Shown in pieces: positions 62,620 through 64,000 of a stretch of DNA of 64,000 bases (positions within the stretch are counted from its first letter, which is position 1; each line of letters opens with the position of its first letter). The DNA comes from Podarcis erhardii. Its lineage: Eukaryota. The notes beneath the pieces were generated by a model. The model made no database searches, was not told the DNA's origin, and was given only the letters and a program-made list of their open reading frames with translations. Location: assembly GCA_964252035.1 (NCBI GenBank), contig OZ176206.1; one strand, given 5' to 3'. A program made the position numbers and the translations under genes.

Positions 62620-64000
62620 GCAGGTGTTTATGTTTGCTTTCTTAGGTGGGTTCACATTCAGTTGTGGTGTCCTCCACCTGTAGCCCATTGTGTTGACACA
62701 AACAATGTATTTCTGAACAGAACCTGTTAAACCTTTTGAGTCAAAATGTGTCCTTGGGCAGCTCCTGCTGTTAATTCTTCCACCTATGTAAGAATGAATA
62801 AAAACAGCGTTGTTGTCTACACATAGTTGAAAGTTGTTGTTTTGTGTGATTTTGGCTCATTGGATATCTTTAGTGGTGCCTTGGTGCTAGAATTCAGAAA
62901 TTAATGGCAAATTGAAATAATGGAAAACAACTCAGTCTTGAAAAAGGAGATGAACATATCAAATGGAAAGCAGAAATAAATGTATCATAATTAATGTATG
63001 ATACTTTACTACATTGCATAATTAAATATGATGAAACTGTCTAAATTATAAATGATGAGCAATTGTAGCTATAGAAAGATTCATTATAGGGTGGTGTTAC
63101 CATAGTAACTAGTGAGAATACTTTAAAATATGAATTAGTTTTACAGTGCATCAGTGTTCAATAAATATTTTTATCTATAAAATAGGATCTATTTTAACCA
63201 TAATTTTAATTCAAACCAAATTACCTCTCCAGGTGTATAAAGTATGGAACAGAAGTTAACAAAATGAGATGCATAGGATGATAATTGAGCTGTGCAAGGG
63301 CTCCAGCATACCTTTCCCAAGTTTGGTGGTTTGTTTTCCTTTGAAGCAGTTCAGAGGACTAAATCACAGCTGTAGTAGTATTGGAGCTGCTACCCTGTGA
63401 GGTCTTCAGCTCTGAAAATGAATGCATCACTCAGGCAGGACCAGTAAGATGGTTTCTTGCTAAAGAATGTTGGATGAATGAGTGGCATTCATGTGATAAG
63501 TAACCATCTCATTGACTCCACCTAGATGATTCTTTTTTACAGACACTCCCAGGGCAGCATAGGATTGTTCCTTAGGGAAGTGGTGGGCCTGAGCTGCTGC
63601 AGGTGGAGTTATTTGGGCCAGAGCATTCTAAGGTTGGAGGAGAGCACAGCAAAAAGGTAGTGTTGAGGGGTTAGAGCAGATGAGAAAGTCCTTGTCGGCT
63701 TTCCAGAGGACACTGGTTTGGCCACTGTGGGAAACCAGATGTTGGACCACTGAGTCTGATACAGTGATGCTCTTGTGTTCATTACAACTTTTGGGAGAGA
63801 AGAGGAAGAGCTAGAAGCAACTAAAGCTGGGCTGGGGACTGATCCCATGGATTAAAAAGTCTGAGAGAAACTGGAAAAGCCATTAAGAAATGAGCTTGTG
63901 GACCTCTAATATGTTTCCTTCATGGATTTTGAACACTTGACAAGAGTCCCTTCTTTATATGCCCGACATAATCAGGAATCACAAGACAGAGAAACCAGTA

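Overview
Vertebrate genomic DNA from a squamate reptile. Sauria/Squam-type SINEs and CR1/L2/hAT/Tc1-mariner repeats are present; a lacertid-like lizard is an inference. The window holds the head-to-head gene pair ITFG1 and PHKB, sharing a CpG-island bidirectional promoter. ITFG1 is on the minus strand: coding exons 1-7, with the rest of the gene left of the window. PHKB is on the plus strand: exon 1, a cassette exon encoding an alternative N-terminus, and two further coding exons, with the rest right of the window. All exons were located by translation and checked for GT-AG borders and phase. The introns are dense with transposons: 5'-truncated L2 and Rex1/Babar LINEs, two solo LTRs with target-site duplications (TSDs), many MITEs and SINEs, and several nested insertions. 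Most notable observations: (1) a frameshifted ~1 kb relic in PHKB intron 2 with many N-glycosylation sequons and an RVKR furin motif, a candidate endogenous viral glycoprotein fragment; (2) the PHKB cassette exon, which turns exon 1 into a uORF and yields an isoform lacking the basic residues of the PKA site; (3) a solo LTR carrying ~195-codon ORFs. Comparisons to human proteins are from recall, not from a database search.
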